Shown here: positions 28,728 through 35,934 of the stretch, piece after piece | How the letters are laid out: every line of letters begins with the position of its first letter | Numbering within the stretch: the first letter of the stretch is position 1 | Virus record (IMG/VR): IMGVR_UViG_3300000116_000009 | DNA from: an uncultured virus (IMG/VR IMGVR_UViG_3300000116_000009) | Taxonomy: Duplodnaviria; Heunggongvirae; Uroviricota; Caudoviricetes | Direction: 5' to 3' (one strand) | DNA: 64,000 nt | Translations under genes and position numbers: made by a program | Notes under the pieces: model-generated | Told to the model about the DNA's origin: nothing | The model's input: only the letters and a program-made list of their open reading frames with translations | Database searches by the model: none

Positions 28728-29041
28728 AAAAAGTAATAAAAAAATACCAAGATAAATATCCTAAATCAATTATTTCAAAATACCAAGATAATTCAATTAA
28801 AATAATGTGGCCTTTTGGTAGCTTTATAATAATAGAAATTGATAAAGAAGGTAATGAAAAATTAAAATTAACATACGATAAGGGTTTAATTAATATTGGT
28901 CTGGAAAACATTTTAAATCATTTTAATGCACAAAACGAACAAACTGATATAACTGAACAATTTAGAAAAGCTGATGGTACTATGCCTACAGTTGATGAAT
29001 TTAATAAGCCAAAAATAGGAGGAGATATTAAAATTAATTAA
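28724..29041 (+). CDS. hypothetical protein
   Basis: 105 aa ORF. Confidence 0.6.
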   Translation: MKKVIKKYQDKYPKSIISKYQDNSIKIMWPFGSFIIIEIDKEGNEKLKLTYDKGLINIGLENILNHFNAQNEQTDITEQFRKADGTMPTVDEFNKPKIGGDIKIN

Positions 29042-29058
29042 AAGTAATGCACAGGAAG

Positions 29059-29093
29059 CTTGGATTCCGTAATATATGTTCGTATATTTACGG
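29059..29093 (+). promoter_or_regulatory. early promoter
   Basis: CTTGG-N19-TATATTTACGG; cassette nearly identical to that at 5068-5149. Confidence 0.78.
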
Positions 29094-29119
29094 TATATTA
29101 ATAAATAAAAATAAAGGTT

Positions 29120-29302
29120 ATGATGATTCAAGATTTAAAAGTAGGTGATAAATTTCAAATGGAAGGTTTAGATACTAAAGGTGACATTGTTCAATGTGAT
29201 GCTACATTAATAGCATATCAGGGAATGAATAAATATGTTGTTGAGAACGATGGTATAACAATACTATATAATGGTGATCAAGAAATTACTAAACTATATT
29301 AA
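29120..29302 (+). CDS. small early protein (SH3-like)
   Basis: DLKVGDKF start pattern; leader AAAATAAAGGTTATG. Confidence 0.7.
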   Translation: MMIQDLKVGDKFQMEGLDTKGDIVQCDATLIAYQGMNKYVVENDGITILYNGDQEITKLY

Positions 29303-29320
29303 AAAGTAATGCATAGGAGG

Positions 29321-29355
29321 TTTGGTTACCTCAGTAATTATTCGTATATTTACGG
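29321..29355 (+). promoter_or_regulatory. early promoter with hairpin spacer
   Basis: TTTGG-N19-TATATTTACGG; TTAC-CTCA-GTAA. Confidence 0.78.
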
Positions 29356-29385
29356 GTAAATAAGTAATTAATTAAAATAAAGGTT

Positions 29386-29610
29386 ATGATAAATGTGAAT
29401 AATGTAAGTAAAGTAGTAGAAGAGTTATTTAGTGGATATGCTAATGGTATTATCACAGATAGAGAGTTAGGTGATATGGTTGATTTAGTTACTAACGAGT
29501 ATACTACCGTTATTGGTGATAATGGATATGAGGTTGTTGCTATAGATCAGGATAGTGAAATATCTGAATTTAGTTATGATTTAGAAGCGTCACAATACGA
29601 TTACATTTAA
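29386..29610 (+). CDS. small acidic early protein
   Basis: 74 aa, conserved leader. Confidence 0.7.
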   Translation: MINVNNVSKVVEELFSGYANGIITDRELGDMVDLVTNEYTTVIGDNGYEVVAIDQDSEISEFSYDLEASQYDYI

Positions 29611-29628
29611 TATTAAAAAATAAAGGTT

Positions 29629-29910
29629 ATGACATTTAAAGACTTAGAATTCAAACCACATAAACTTGGAAAAGGAATACAAGCAGAACTTGAGATAAAT
29701 CCTCAAGTATTTGTGTCTGTAATTGCCGGAGAGGGTTTTTATAGTACAGGTAAAAATGGAGTTAGAAAATCAGTTAAAAATCCTGAAGATGTTTCAACAT
29801 TTGAAGTAGGGATTATTGATGAAAATCTATCTGAAGAAGATCAACAATGGGAAGTTATGGGTTTTCAAAGTAGAGAAGACATTAATGAGTTTTTAGCAAC
29901 ATTTATTTAA
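29629..29910 (+). CDS. small early protein
   Basis: 93 aa, conserved leader AAAATAAAGGTTATG. Confidence 0.7.
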   Translation: MTFKDLEFKPHKLGKGIQAELEINPQVFVSVIAGEGFYSTGKNGVRKSVKNPEDVSTFEVGIIDENLSEEDQQWEVMGFQSREDINEFLATFI

Positions 29911-29913
29911 TAT

Positions 29914-30261
29914 ATGAATACTAAATTATTATTAGCAGGATTTATTTACTTTGTAGTATCCCAGATAATTATATGGTTTCAATCACACTTACAGTTCTTT
30001 AGTGATTGGTCAAAATCAAACCCAATATTAATTGCTATACCAGGTGTTCTAGTATCATATTTTTCTATACTTGCAACTAAACATTTAGCAGATGCATTTA
30101 ATGGTGAAGTATGGCCTTCAAGATTAATTGGATTTGGAATTGGTATAATATTATTCTCGGGATTAACTTGGAGTATATTAGGAGAGGCATTAACTTGGAA
30201 ATCAATAACGTGTGTTATATTAGCATTTGTAATATTATTAATTCAAATATTTTGGAAATGA
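29914..30261 (+). CDS. four-TM membrane protein (SMR/DMT-like size and topology)
   Basis: 115 aa with four hydrophobic helices. Confidence 0.65.
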   Translation: MNTKLLLAGFIYFVVSQIIIWFQSHLQFFSDWSKSNPILIAIPGVLVSYFSILATKHLADAFNGEVWPSRLIGFGIGIILFSGLTWSILGEALTWKSITCVILAFVILLIQIFWK

Positions 30262-30306
30262 GAGACGAAGAAGATAAATATGGAGATTTATATGAAGACG
30301 GAATAG

Positions 30307-30537
30307 ATGAACATCCAAAACCCAAAACCGATGGTGGAACAACAGTCGAAGATTGAAGGTATACACTGCCACAAATGTAAACAACCAGCTACAGGTAGAT
30401 ATTCACCTAATAAAGAGGAGTTGGGCTTAGCGTTTTGTGACAAACATAAAGATTTAATGGGCGTAGCTTTCTACTGCTTAATGACAGACAACATAAAAGA
30501 TTTTAACGAACTAATGGAAACAAATATAAAACAATGA
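30307..30537 (+). CDS. small Cys/His protein (possible zinc finger)
   Basis: CHKC..AT..FCDKH. Confidence 0.6.
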   Translation: MNIQNPKPMVEQQSKIEGIHCHKCKQPATGRYSPNKEELGLAFCDKHKDLMGVAFYCLMTDNIKDFNELMETNIKQ

Positions 30538-30869
30538 GAAAATTAATTACATTACTATTACTACTATTCGGACTAACACTACCAGCTCAGGACTTACCAA
30601 ATGACCTATATGGAACTTGGTACAACATGGAGGGTGAAACCTTAGTTATAGACAGACCCGGTTCATTTGTGAGAAAAATGGGTACACAATTATTATCAAC
30701 AGGCTATATTACGTTAAGAGAAGATGGAAAACTATACATTGTAAGAATGGATAAAGAAATCGAATATAGTTTATCATGGGGAGTACAACCCACTACTTTA
30801 GTTGTAACAAAACCACCAAATGAAGACCTAGCAGGAGGTCAAGCATGGTTATTTTATAGAATCAAATAA
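30534..30869 (+). CDS. exported small beta protein (lipocalin-like start LYGTW)
   Basis: signal peptide MRKLITLLLLLFGLTLPA-Q. Confidence 0.65.
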   Translation: MRKLITLLLLLFGLTLPAQDLPNDLYGTWYNMEGETLVIDRPGSFVRKMGTQLLSTGYITLREDGKLYIVRMDKEIEYSLSWGVQPTTLVVTKPPNEDLAGGQAWLFYRIK

Positions 30870-30878
30870 AACTTAAAT

Positions 30879-31088
30879 ATGGAACAGATAATAGAGATTA
30901 AAAAGAACAAGAGCAATTACGTACAAATAGAGCTTCGCGAATATGAAGGGCATAAGTACGTTGACGTAAGAGAATTTTACGATGATAAGGATGGCAAGCG
31001 CCTACCAACAAAAAAGGGTATAACATTCTCACCAACAGTGTTAGAGCAAGTAATAGACGGATTAAAACTGCTTAAAGAACAAATATGA
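30879..31088 (+). CDS. PC4/p15-family ssDNA-binding protein
   Basis: EYEGHKYVDVREFY..GKRLPTKKGITF. Confidence 0.85.
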   Translation: MEQIIEIKKNKSNYVQIELREYEGHKYVDVREFYDDKDGKRLPTKKGITFSPTVLEQVIDGLKLLKEQI

Positions 31089-31177
31089 AAAAATGGTATA
31101 AAAGCCTAGAACTAATAAATAAAGTAGGTTTAATAACAATGGGAATAATACTACTTCTAATAATAGTTCTAAACTAA
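31085..31177 (+). CDS. 30 aa hydrophobic peptide (not in ORF track)
   Basis: ATGA overlap with PC4 gene; MKKWYKSLELINKVGLITMGIILLLIIVLN. Confidence 0.45.
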   Translation: MKKWYKSLELINKVGLITMGIILLLIIVLN

Positions 31178-31286
31178 AAACTAACCATAAAGCTAAATAT
31201 AATCTCAGCGACGAGAACAACAACAACGACTCAAAGGACTCGTCTTAAAGCTTTCGGATAAATTGTGTCCCACCCAATCCGTATAT

Positions 31287-31484
31287 ATGAGAAGAAATAT
31301 AATACAATGCTCACAATGCGATATGGAATTTCCCGGTGGATATGAATATAGGATGCATTGGGAAAAAGCACATTTCTATCCATATTTGAAACGCGATTCA
31401 TTTGACGATAAGAGGGCAATGCATGATGCGAGGGAATATAAGCACATCAATAGACTTATAAGTGAGATATCTGATAACATTTGA
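31287..31484 (+). CDS. C2H2 zinc-finger protein
   Basis: CSQC-DMEFPGGYEYRM-HWEKAH = C-x2-C-x12-H-x4-H (ORF track start 31263). Confidence 0.65.
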   Translation: MRRNIIQCSQCDMEFPGGYEYRMHWEKAHFYPYLKRDSFDDKRAMHDAREYKHINRLISEISDNI

Positions 31485-31492
31485 AATAACCT

Positions 31493-31508
31493 GGGTACTA
31501 TAGTACCC
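31493..31508. repeat. perfect 16 bp palindrome GGGTACTATAGTACCC
   Basis: self reverse-complementary; at the start of a about 410 bp non-coding stretch. Confidence 0.9.
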
Positions 31509-31664
31509 TATAATGTAGAGTAGTACCCTGAAACACGCGAATGCTAGGGATATAAAACGTTATGGTTCATTGGATGTACCGTTCCACCCTACCATTATCC
31601 CACCATTGATTTAGCGCTGTTACTTCGTGGTTACGTATGACAATTAATGTAGCGTATGAGTGTA

Positions 31665-31701
31665 ATGTAGGCAAGTACATTGACTATGTAGATAAGTACA
31701 T
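31665..31701. repeat. tandem 16-mer ATGTAG-NN-AAGTACAT x2 (21 bp period), each an ATGTA-N6-TACAT inverted repeat
   Basis: 31665-31680 and 31686-31701; related copy ATGTAG-AG-TAGTACCC at 31513-31528. Confidence 0.8.
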
Positions 31702-31842
31702 CGTTATATAACAAAACGTGGTATAGTGTGGTTGATAATGCAATCGGGGTGTAGCACTATTCGCGTTGCTAAGCCAAATCTCGTTATGAACCTAAAAGTA
31801 TATATGTTGTTCATGCTTCCGTCGACGAAGCCGCGAAGTAAA

Positions 31843-31876
31843 TTAGGCTACCTGAGACATTCAGCGTATATTTACG
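31843..31876 (+). promoter_or_regulatory. early promoter driving tRNA
   Basis: TTAGG-N19-TATATTTACG, about 20 nt before the tRNA. Confidence 0.75.
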
Positions 31877-31895
31877 TAATATAAATAAAACATAT

Positions 31896-31966
31896 TGTCC
31901 TATGGTGTAACGGTAGCACATCTGGTTTTGGTCCAGACGGTTGAGGTTCGAATCCTTGTAGGACTA
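31896..31966 (+). tRNA. tRNA-Gln (anticodon TTG)
   Basis: acceptor TGTCCTA/TAGGACT, D arm GTGT..GCAC, anticodon arm TCTGG-TTTTGGT-CCAGA, T arm GAGG-TTCGAAT-CCTT; CCA not encoded (CTA follows). Confidence 0.92.
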
Positions 31967-31978
31967 CTAATGAAAGCA

Positions 31979-32083
31979 TTGGGTTGGGGGGTTATTCATA
32001 CGTCTCCCCTGTAGGTAGGTTTGATTCCTTTTAGTTCTATGCACTATAACACAAGTATTCCTAGACGTAGGTGGTGGACCCAA
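31979..32083 (+). ncRNA. candidate structured RNA / degenerate tRNA-like element downstream of tRNA-Gln
   Basis: closing stem TTGGGTT/GACCCAA, internal hairpins GGGGGG/CTCCCC, AGG-TTTGATT-CCT (T-arm-like) and CCTA-GACG-TAGG. Confidence 0.3.
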
Positions 32084-32109
32084 ATAATATTAAAATAAGT
32101 ACGTGATAA

Positions 32110-32143
32110 TGTGGTTACCCGAGGTATTGTTCGTATATTTACG
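32110..32143 (+). promoter_or_regulatory. early promoter with hairpin spacer
   Basis: TGTGG-N19-TATATTTACG; TACC-CGA-GGTA. Confidence 0.72.
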
Positions 32144-32181
32144 TGTTGTAATAATTAAGTTACACGCTAAATAAAGGTTAT

Positions 32182-32364
32182 ATGAAAATTAAAGCAAACA
32201 ATAAAATTACATTAAATTCAAAAACATACTTATCAGTAAATCGAGGCGAATTCAACAGCGAATTGCTTGACCGTAATGATTTTGTTCGTATGAATGATCG
32301 TACGTACTGGGCGGCTATTAAGTCATCAAGAGTGCATGCTGATCGTAACTTAGTTTCGATATAA
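32182..32364 (+). CDS. small early protein
   Basis: 60 aa; leader AAATAAAGGTTATATG. Confidence 0.65.
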   Translation: MKIKANNKITLNSKTYLSVNRGEFNSELLDRNDFVRMNDRTYWAAIKSSRVHADRNLVSI

Positions 32365-32397
32365 TTTGTCTACCGCAAAGACAATTCGTATATTTAC
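32365..32397 (+). promoter_or_regulatory. early promoter with hairpin
   Basis: TTTGT-N19-TATATTTAC; TTGTC..GACAA inverted repeat. Confidence 0.7.
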
Positions 32398-32416
32398 CAC
32401 GTAAATAAAAATGCTT

Positions 32417-32512
32417 ATGAGCAATATATTAAAGGTACAGTATGGTTTACTAATAGCGTGCGGTGGATATTTCACCGTGCGAACGCTAATTACAATTGTG
32501 TATGGATTTTAA
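32417..32512 (+). CDS. 31 aa hydrophobic peptide (not in ORF track)
   Basis: directly behind promoter; MSNILKVQYGLLIACGGYFTVRTLITIVYGF. Confidence 0.45.
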   Translation: MSNILKVQYGLLIACGGYFTVRTLITIVYGF

Positions 32513-32669
32513 ATTGGAGCCCGGGTATACTCCCGGATTTAAATTGGAAATAATGAACCCTCGTGTTGGTTGCCTAGTAGGTTGCCAATATTGGGAAGCA
32601 GATGACGAAGATGACTACAATACATTTAAAATACACATGTTTTGGTTAGCATTACGTTGGGATTGGTAA
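32502..32669 (+). CDS. 55 aa hypothetical protein (not in ORF track)
   Basis: MDFKLEPGYTPGFKLEIMNP..FWLALRWDW. Confidence 0.5.
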   Translation: MDFKLEPGYTPGFKLEIMNPRVGCLVGCQYWEADDEDDYNTFKIHMFWLALRWDW

Positions 32670-32717
32670 TCTTCCGTCGGTGAAGCCTAATTGTCTCATA
32701 TTTACTGACAAAACATT

Positions 32718-32954
32718 ATGACATTAAATGAAATACATACACAGTTAGAGATTATTAGCGAAGAAATCAATAATTACGTCGACTATAACGACAATGACCA
32801 AATTATCAGCGATATCGCAGGAAAGGTACGTGGTCCATTAGATACCGCAATATTCGAATTAAATTTAATAGTTGACGACGAGAGCGACGGATTATACGAA
32901 GATGGGGAAGATATTGGGTTCGACGGGGATTTCGAGGATGAGGAAGATTTCTGA
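32718..32954 (+). CDS. highly acidic small protein
   Basis: 78 aa, D/E-rich tail DGDFEDEEDF. Confidence 0.65.
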   Translation: MTLNEIHTQLEIISEEINNYVDYNDNDQIISDIAGKVRGPLDTAIFELNLIVDDESDGLYEDGEDIGFDGDFEDEEDF

Positions 32955-32970
32955 TTTTTCCTTTCTGAAA

Positions 32971-33113
32971 GCGTTTGAATGCGGACGCACGCGGCCGATT
33001 GCAATATGATTGCGGACGCTCCCACGATATCCGCGGTCCATCGACGGGCGCGCATATTGGCGGGAAAGGTTGCCCGATTCATCGATCTCTAACGGATCTA
33101 CACATCGATTAAT
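32971..33113. other. GC-rich non-coding island packed with palindromes
   Basis: 67 G+C in 110 nt (32971-33080); CGGCCG, ATTGCAAT, GATATC, CCGCGG, GCGCGC, ATCGAT x2; TGCGGACGC x2. Confidence 0.8.
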
Positions 33114-33168
33114 ATATACGAATATATCATGAGTAAACAAAACGAAGTACAAAGACATAGAATACGAA

Positions 33169-33381
33169 ATGAGCACTTGGAATCATAGAGTAATGAAAAG
33201 AAAAGATGGTGATGAAGATTGGTTTGCCATCCACGAAGTACATTACAAAGGTAATATGGATATTGAGGGGTATACAAAAGAAGCTACCTCAGTAGGAGGT
33301 AATTCAATTAAGGAACTTAGATGGACTTTAGAACAGATGATTAAATCATTAGATAAAGAAATTTTAGAATACAATGAATAA
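33169..33381 (+). CDS. small phage hypothetical protein
   Basis: WNHRVM..FAIHEVHY..ELRWTLEQM..LDKEIL, a pattern typical of small phage ORFs. Confidence 0.7.
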   Translation: MSTWNHRVMKRKDGDEDWFAIHEVHYKGNMDIEGYTKEATSVGGNSIKELRWTLEQMIKSLDKEILEYNE

Positions 33382-33532
33382 AGTACGAAAAGTAAGAAGA
33401 AAGCTCACATATCGTGGTTGCGAATTAACTTCACCCATTTACCAACAAATCGTGAAGGAGAAAAGAAAGGTAGAAGCAAGAGGCCTTGAATGGACCCCTA
33501 ATATATACAAACCCCAAACCTCAGCGTTATGA
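33374..33532 (+). CDS. 52 aa basic protein (not in ORF track)
   Basis: overlaps both neighbours; MNKVRKVRRKLTYRGCELTSP... Confidence 0.45.
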   Translation: MNKVRKVRRKLTYRGCELTSPIYQQIVKEKRKVEARGLEWTPNIYKPQTSAL

Positions 33533-33750
33533 AAGATGATTGGGTATCCAAAACTTGGGATTGTGGATGTGGTGCAATGAATGCAGGTTGGAATATTATA
33601 TGTGGAAGATGTAAGCAAAATAAATTACCTCCACCAGCCCCACCGTGCTCAAGTCACGATGCGGATTCGCAACGCAACATTGAGGAAGAAACATCCACGT
33701 GGGATGATTTTGATTTAAATAATTTTTTATATAATACGGATGATAGATAA
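33529..33750 (+). CDS. small zinc-ribbon-like protein
   Basis: WDCGCGAMN..ICGRC (RanBP2-like W-x-C..N..C-x2-C). Confidence 0.55.
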   Translation: MKDDWVSKTWDCGCGAMNAGWNIICGRCKQNKLPPPAPPCSSHDADSQRNIEEETSTWDDFDLNNFLYNTDDR

Positions 33751-33977
33751 AGATAAGTGGGAGATTAAGTATACTAGGAGAGGAGAGTCTGTGGAGTCGA
33801 GTCTTATTGTTGATACTGATGATATCTCTAAGACGCTGGATTTGTATTCACGCGATAGGGATATTTTGTTTACTTCTGTTACCCGCCTTTAGTTTTAGGC
33901 CTTTTTGCCCTAAGTTTTCGGATCTACGAATCTTCTTCTCCAAAAGTTTTTTTATGTCGATGAAGTATATATTCATT

Positions 33978-33985
33978 ATATTTAT
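33978..33985 (+). promoter_or_regulatory. putative late promoter core ATATTTAT
   Basis: 16 nt before ATG 34002. Confidence 0.5.
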
Positions 33986-34001
33986 ATTAAATATTTAAAC
34001 T

Positions 34002-35324
34002 ATGCATTCACCTCAATCTTGGCCCGAATTTATAAGTAGGAAAGACAATATTGGTCTACCTATTATGGAGGCTAAAAGCAAATATAATAGGGAGTTAATT
34101 CAATTAGAAGAACAAATTATTTGGCAAATTCAAGGAGGTGGAGGATCAATTCTTAATGAAGTAAAATCTATTACTTTTCGTTCTGATGCTACAAACTATG
34201 CAGAAACTACATATATAAATGCTGCTGGATCTTTTACTAGTAGCTTAGCGGATAATGAGTTTATTACTGTACTTCCTATATTATCTGGGTTTACAGCATC
34301 TATTGATGTAACTTATAATAATCCTGTTGAAGTAGTAGGAACACCTAGAATTACAACTATTACTAATAATGCAGAAGGAGATCAAAATGGACCTGTTAGA
34401 TCACCACAAAATCCTGTATTTGAATATGTTGAAACTTTTGCAGATAAAAAAACAATAAGTTTTGCCTATATCCAGGAAGACCCAGCAAATGGGACAAATC
34501 CAAACCGTTTTAATGTAAGAGCTTCTTATATTCAAAAAGGAGGTGACCCTAGTTTTCAAACAGATTTTTCTTCTAGTGTTATTCTTAATAATTATTCGAA
34601 CATTGTTCCAGGGGTTTATGAAGATATAACATTAGTCTGGAATGCTGGTACATCTAATTATATTACAAGCGCAAGTGCTTCACCAAGACACCTAAGTGCT
34701 AGTGTTCATATAGGAGCTGGGAATGAACTTAAACATATCTATCCTAATAATAATGGTGCAACTGGTAATTTTTATGATGCTTATATAATAGGTAATAACT
34801 TTTTTATGAATACTAATAATATGTTTGCTCTCGTATCGGTTAATGGAACTGTAACTGGAACTACTGTAGAAGTTTCTAGTTTTGCAAATCAAAATGTTTT
34901 ACCTGGAATGGGTGTTGCTGGATCAGGGGTAACAGCTGGAACTTTAATAACATCAGTAAATCCTAATAATACAGAAATTACAGTTAATAATTCACAAACC
35001 TTTAATAATGGGTTAGAATTAACATTCGGAAGTGGATCAGGTAATGCAACAATAGACATAAAACAACTAGCAGATCCAATTTCAGGGTCAGGTACTTATG
35101 AACCATATGTTTCAAATAGTATAAATGTTTATACTCAACTTTATGGAGATTCTGTTTATATAGAAGATGATATTGGAGTAAATGGATCGGGAGTAATAGA
35201 TCTAAATGGTGGTTCTATTAAAAGTGTAGGCGGTAAAGATGTTAGTTTAGTTTTAAATGATAGATCACCCTTAGGTGGAGTTATTCATTCCTTCCAAGGA
35301 TATTCATCTGAAAAAATTACTTAG
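34002..35324 (+). CDS. probable virion structural/decoration protein
   Basis: S/T/N/G-rich beta protein; VLPGMGVAGSGVTAGTLITSV module common in tail proteins. Confidence 0.6.
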   Translation: MHSPQSWPEFISRKDNIGLPIMEAKSKYNRELIQLEEQIIWQIQGGGGSILNEVKSITFRSDATNYAETTYINAAGSFTSSLADNEFITVLPILSGFTASIDVTYNNPVEVVGTPRITTITNNAEGDQNGPVRSPQNPVFEYVETFADKKTISFAYIQEDPANGTNPNRFNVRASYIQKGGDPSFQTDFSSSVILNNYSNIVPGVYEDITLVWNAGTSNYITSASASPRHLSASVHIGAGNELKHIYPNNNGATGNFYDAYIIGNNFFMNTNNMFALVSVNGTVTGTTVEVSSFANQNVLPGMGVAGSGVTAGTLITSVNPNNTEITVNNSQTFNNGLELTFGSGSGNATIDIKQLADPISGSGTYEPYVSNSINVYTQLYGDSVYIEDDIGVNGSGVIDLNGGSIKSVGGKDVSLVLNDRSPLGGVIHSFQGYSSEKIT

Positions 35325-35338
35325 TAATGTACAGGCAG

Positions 35339-35371
35339 CTTGGATAAGCGAATAATCTTTCGTATATTTAC
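35339..35371 (+). promoter_or_regulatory. early promoter
   Basis: CTTGG-N19-TATATTTAC; upstream AGTAATGTACAGG shared with the 5068, 29041 and 29303 cassettes. Confidence 0.75.
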
Positions 35372-35395
35372 AGGAGAATTTAAAATTAAAAGGTT

Positions 35396-35866
35396 ATGAG
35401 ATTATCAAAAACAAGAAATAAACTTCAAAAGTATATTCATTTATTAATCCCAAACGGAGATAAAAATCAAATTGCTTCTGCTATAGGTACTATAGGAGAA
35501 ACTTTAGTGTGTGATTATTTTGGTTGGGAAAATATTGATGAAGATGGATACGATGCTATAGATAAAGATGGAGCTTTGTATGAGATTAAAACTATGTCTA
35601 ATGAATCAGATACTCATTATGTAGCATATAATCATAAAAAGAAAAAGGATAGATATGATTTTTTAGTTATATTTCATTTTGATTTAGAACGTGTATCAAT
35701 TATACCTAGAGAGGTAATTAATGAATATATTGATACTATTAGTACTACATTGCGTTTAAATTTTAACGAATCTCTTCAAACAACATTAGGGAAACAAAGA
35801 TTATCTGCTAGATTCCAATCTATATTTGAAGAATATGAGCAAAAAGAATTTAAAGCTTCTGCATAA
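35396..35866 (+). CDS. PD-(D/E)xK nuclease (restriction-endonuclease-like)
   Basis: GTIGETLV..GYDAIDKDG.LYEIKT..YDFLVIF. Confidence 0.65.
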   Translation: MRLSKTRNKLQKYIHLLIPNGDKNQIASAIGTIGETLVCDYFGWENIDEDGYDAIDKDGALYEIKTMSNESDTHYVAYNHKKKKDRYDFLVIFHFDLERVSIIPREVINEYIDTISTTLRLNFNESLQTTLGKQRLSARFQSIFEEYEQKEFKASA

Positions 35867-35869
35867 AAA

Positions 35870-35904
35870 TTTGGCTTCCCAGGAAGCCTTTCGTATATTT
35901 ACGG
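35870..35904 (+). promoter_or_regulatory. early promoter whose spacer is a terminator-like hairpin
   Basis: TTTGG-N19-TATATTTACGG; GGCTTCC-CA-GGAAGCC-TTT at 35873-35891. Confidence 0.78.
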
Positions 35905-35934
35905 GTAAATAATTAATAAATTAAAATAAAGGTT

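Noticed and set aside
29041..29393. CRISPR-like mini-array (conserved-variable-conserved units)
   Set aside because: Units are promoter/leader cassettes separated by whole genes, the variable part is only about 15 nt and there are no cas genes.
31976..32046. Second canonical tRNA (Met/Ile CAT)
   Set aside because: No D arm, no 5 bp anticodon stem closing a 7 nt loop, and wrong T-arm spacing; kept only as a low-confidence structured element.
32783..33176. Minus-strand ORFs 32783-33082 and 32892-33176 as explanation of the GC island
   Set aside because: They overlap a plausible + strand gene, run against the uniform gene orientation, have no protein-like motif and arise easily in GC-rich DNA.
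33807..33998. 63 aa ORF in the T-rich stretch
   Set aside because: TTG start, no conserved leader, atypical composition, and it overlaps the ATATTTAT element of the next gene; treated as non-coding.
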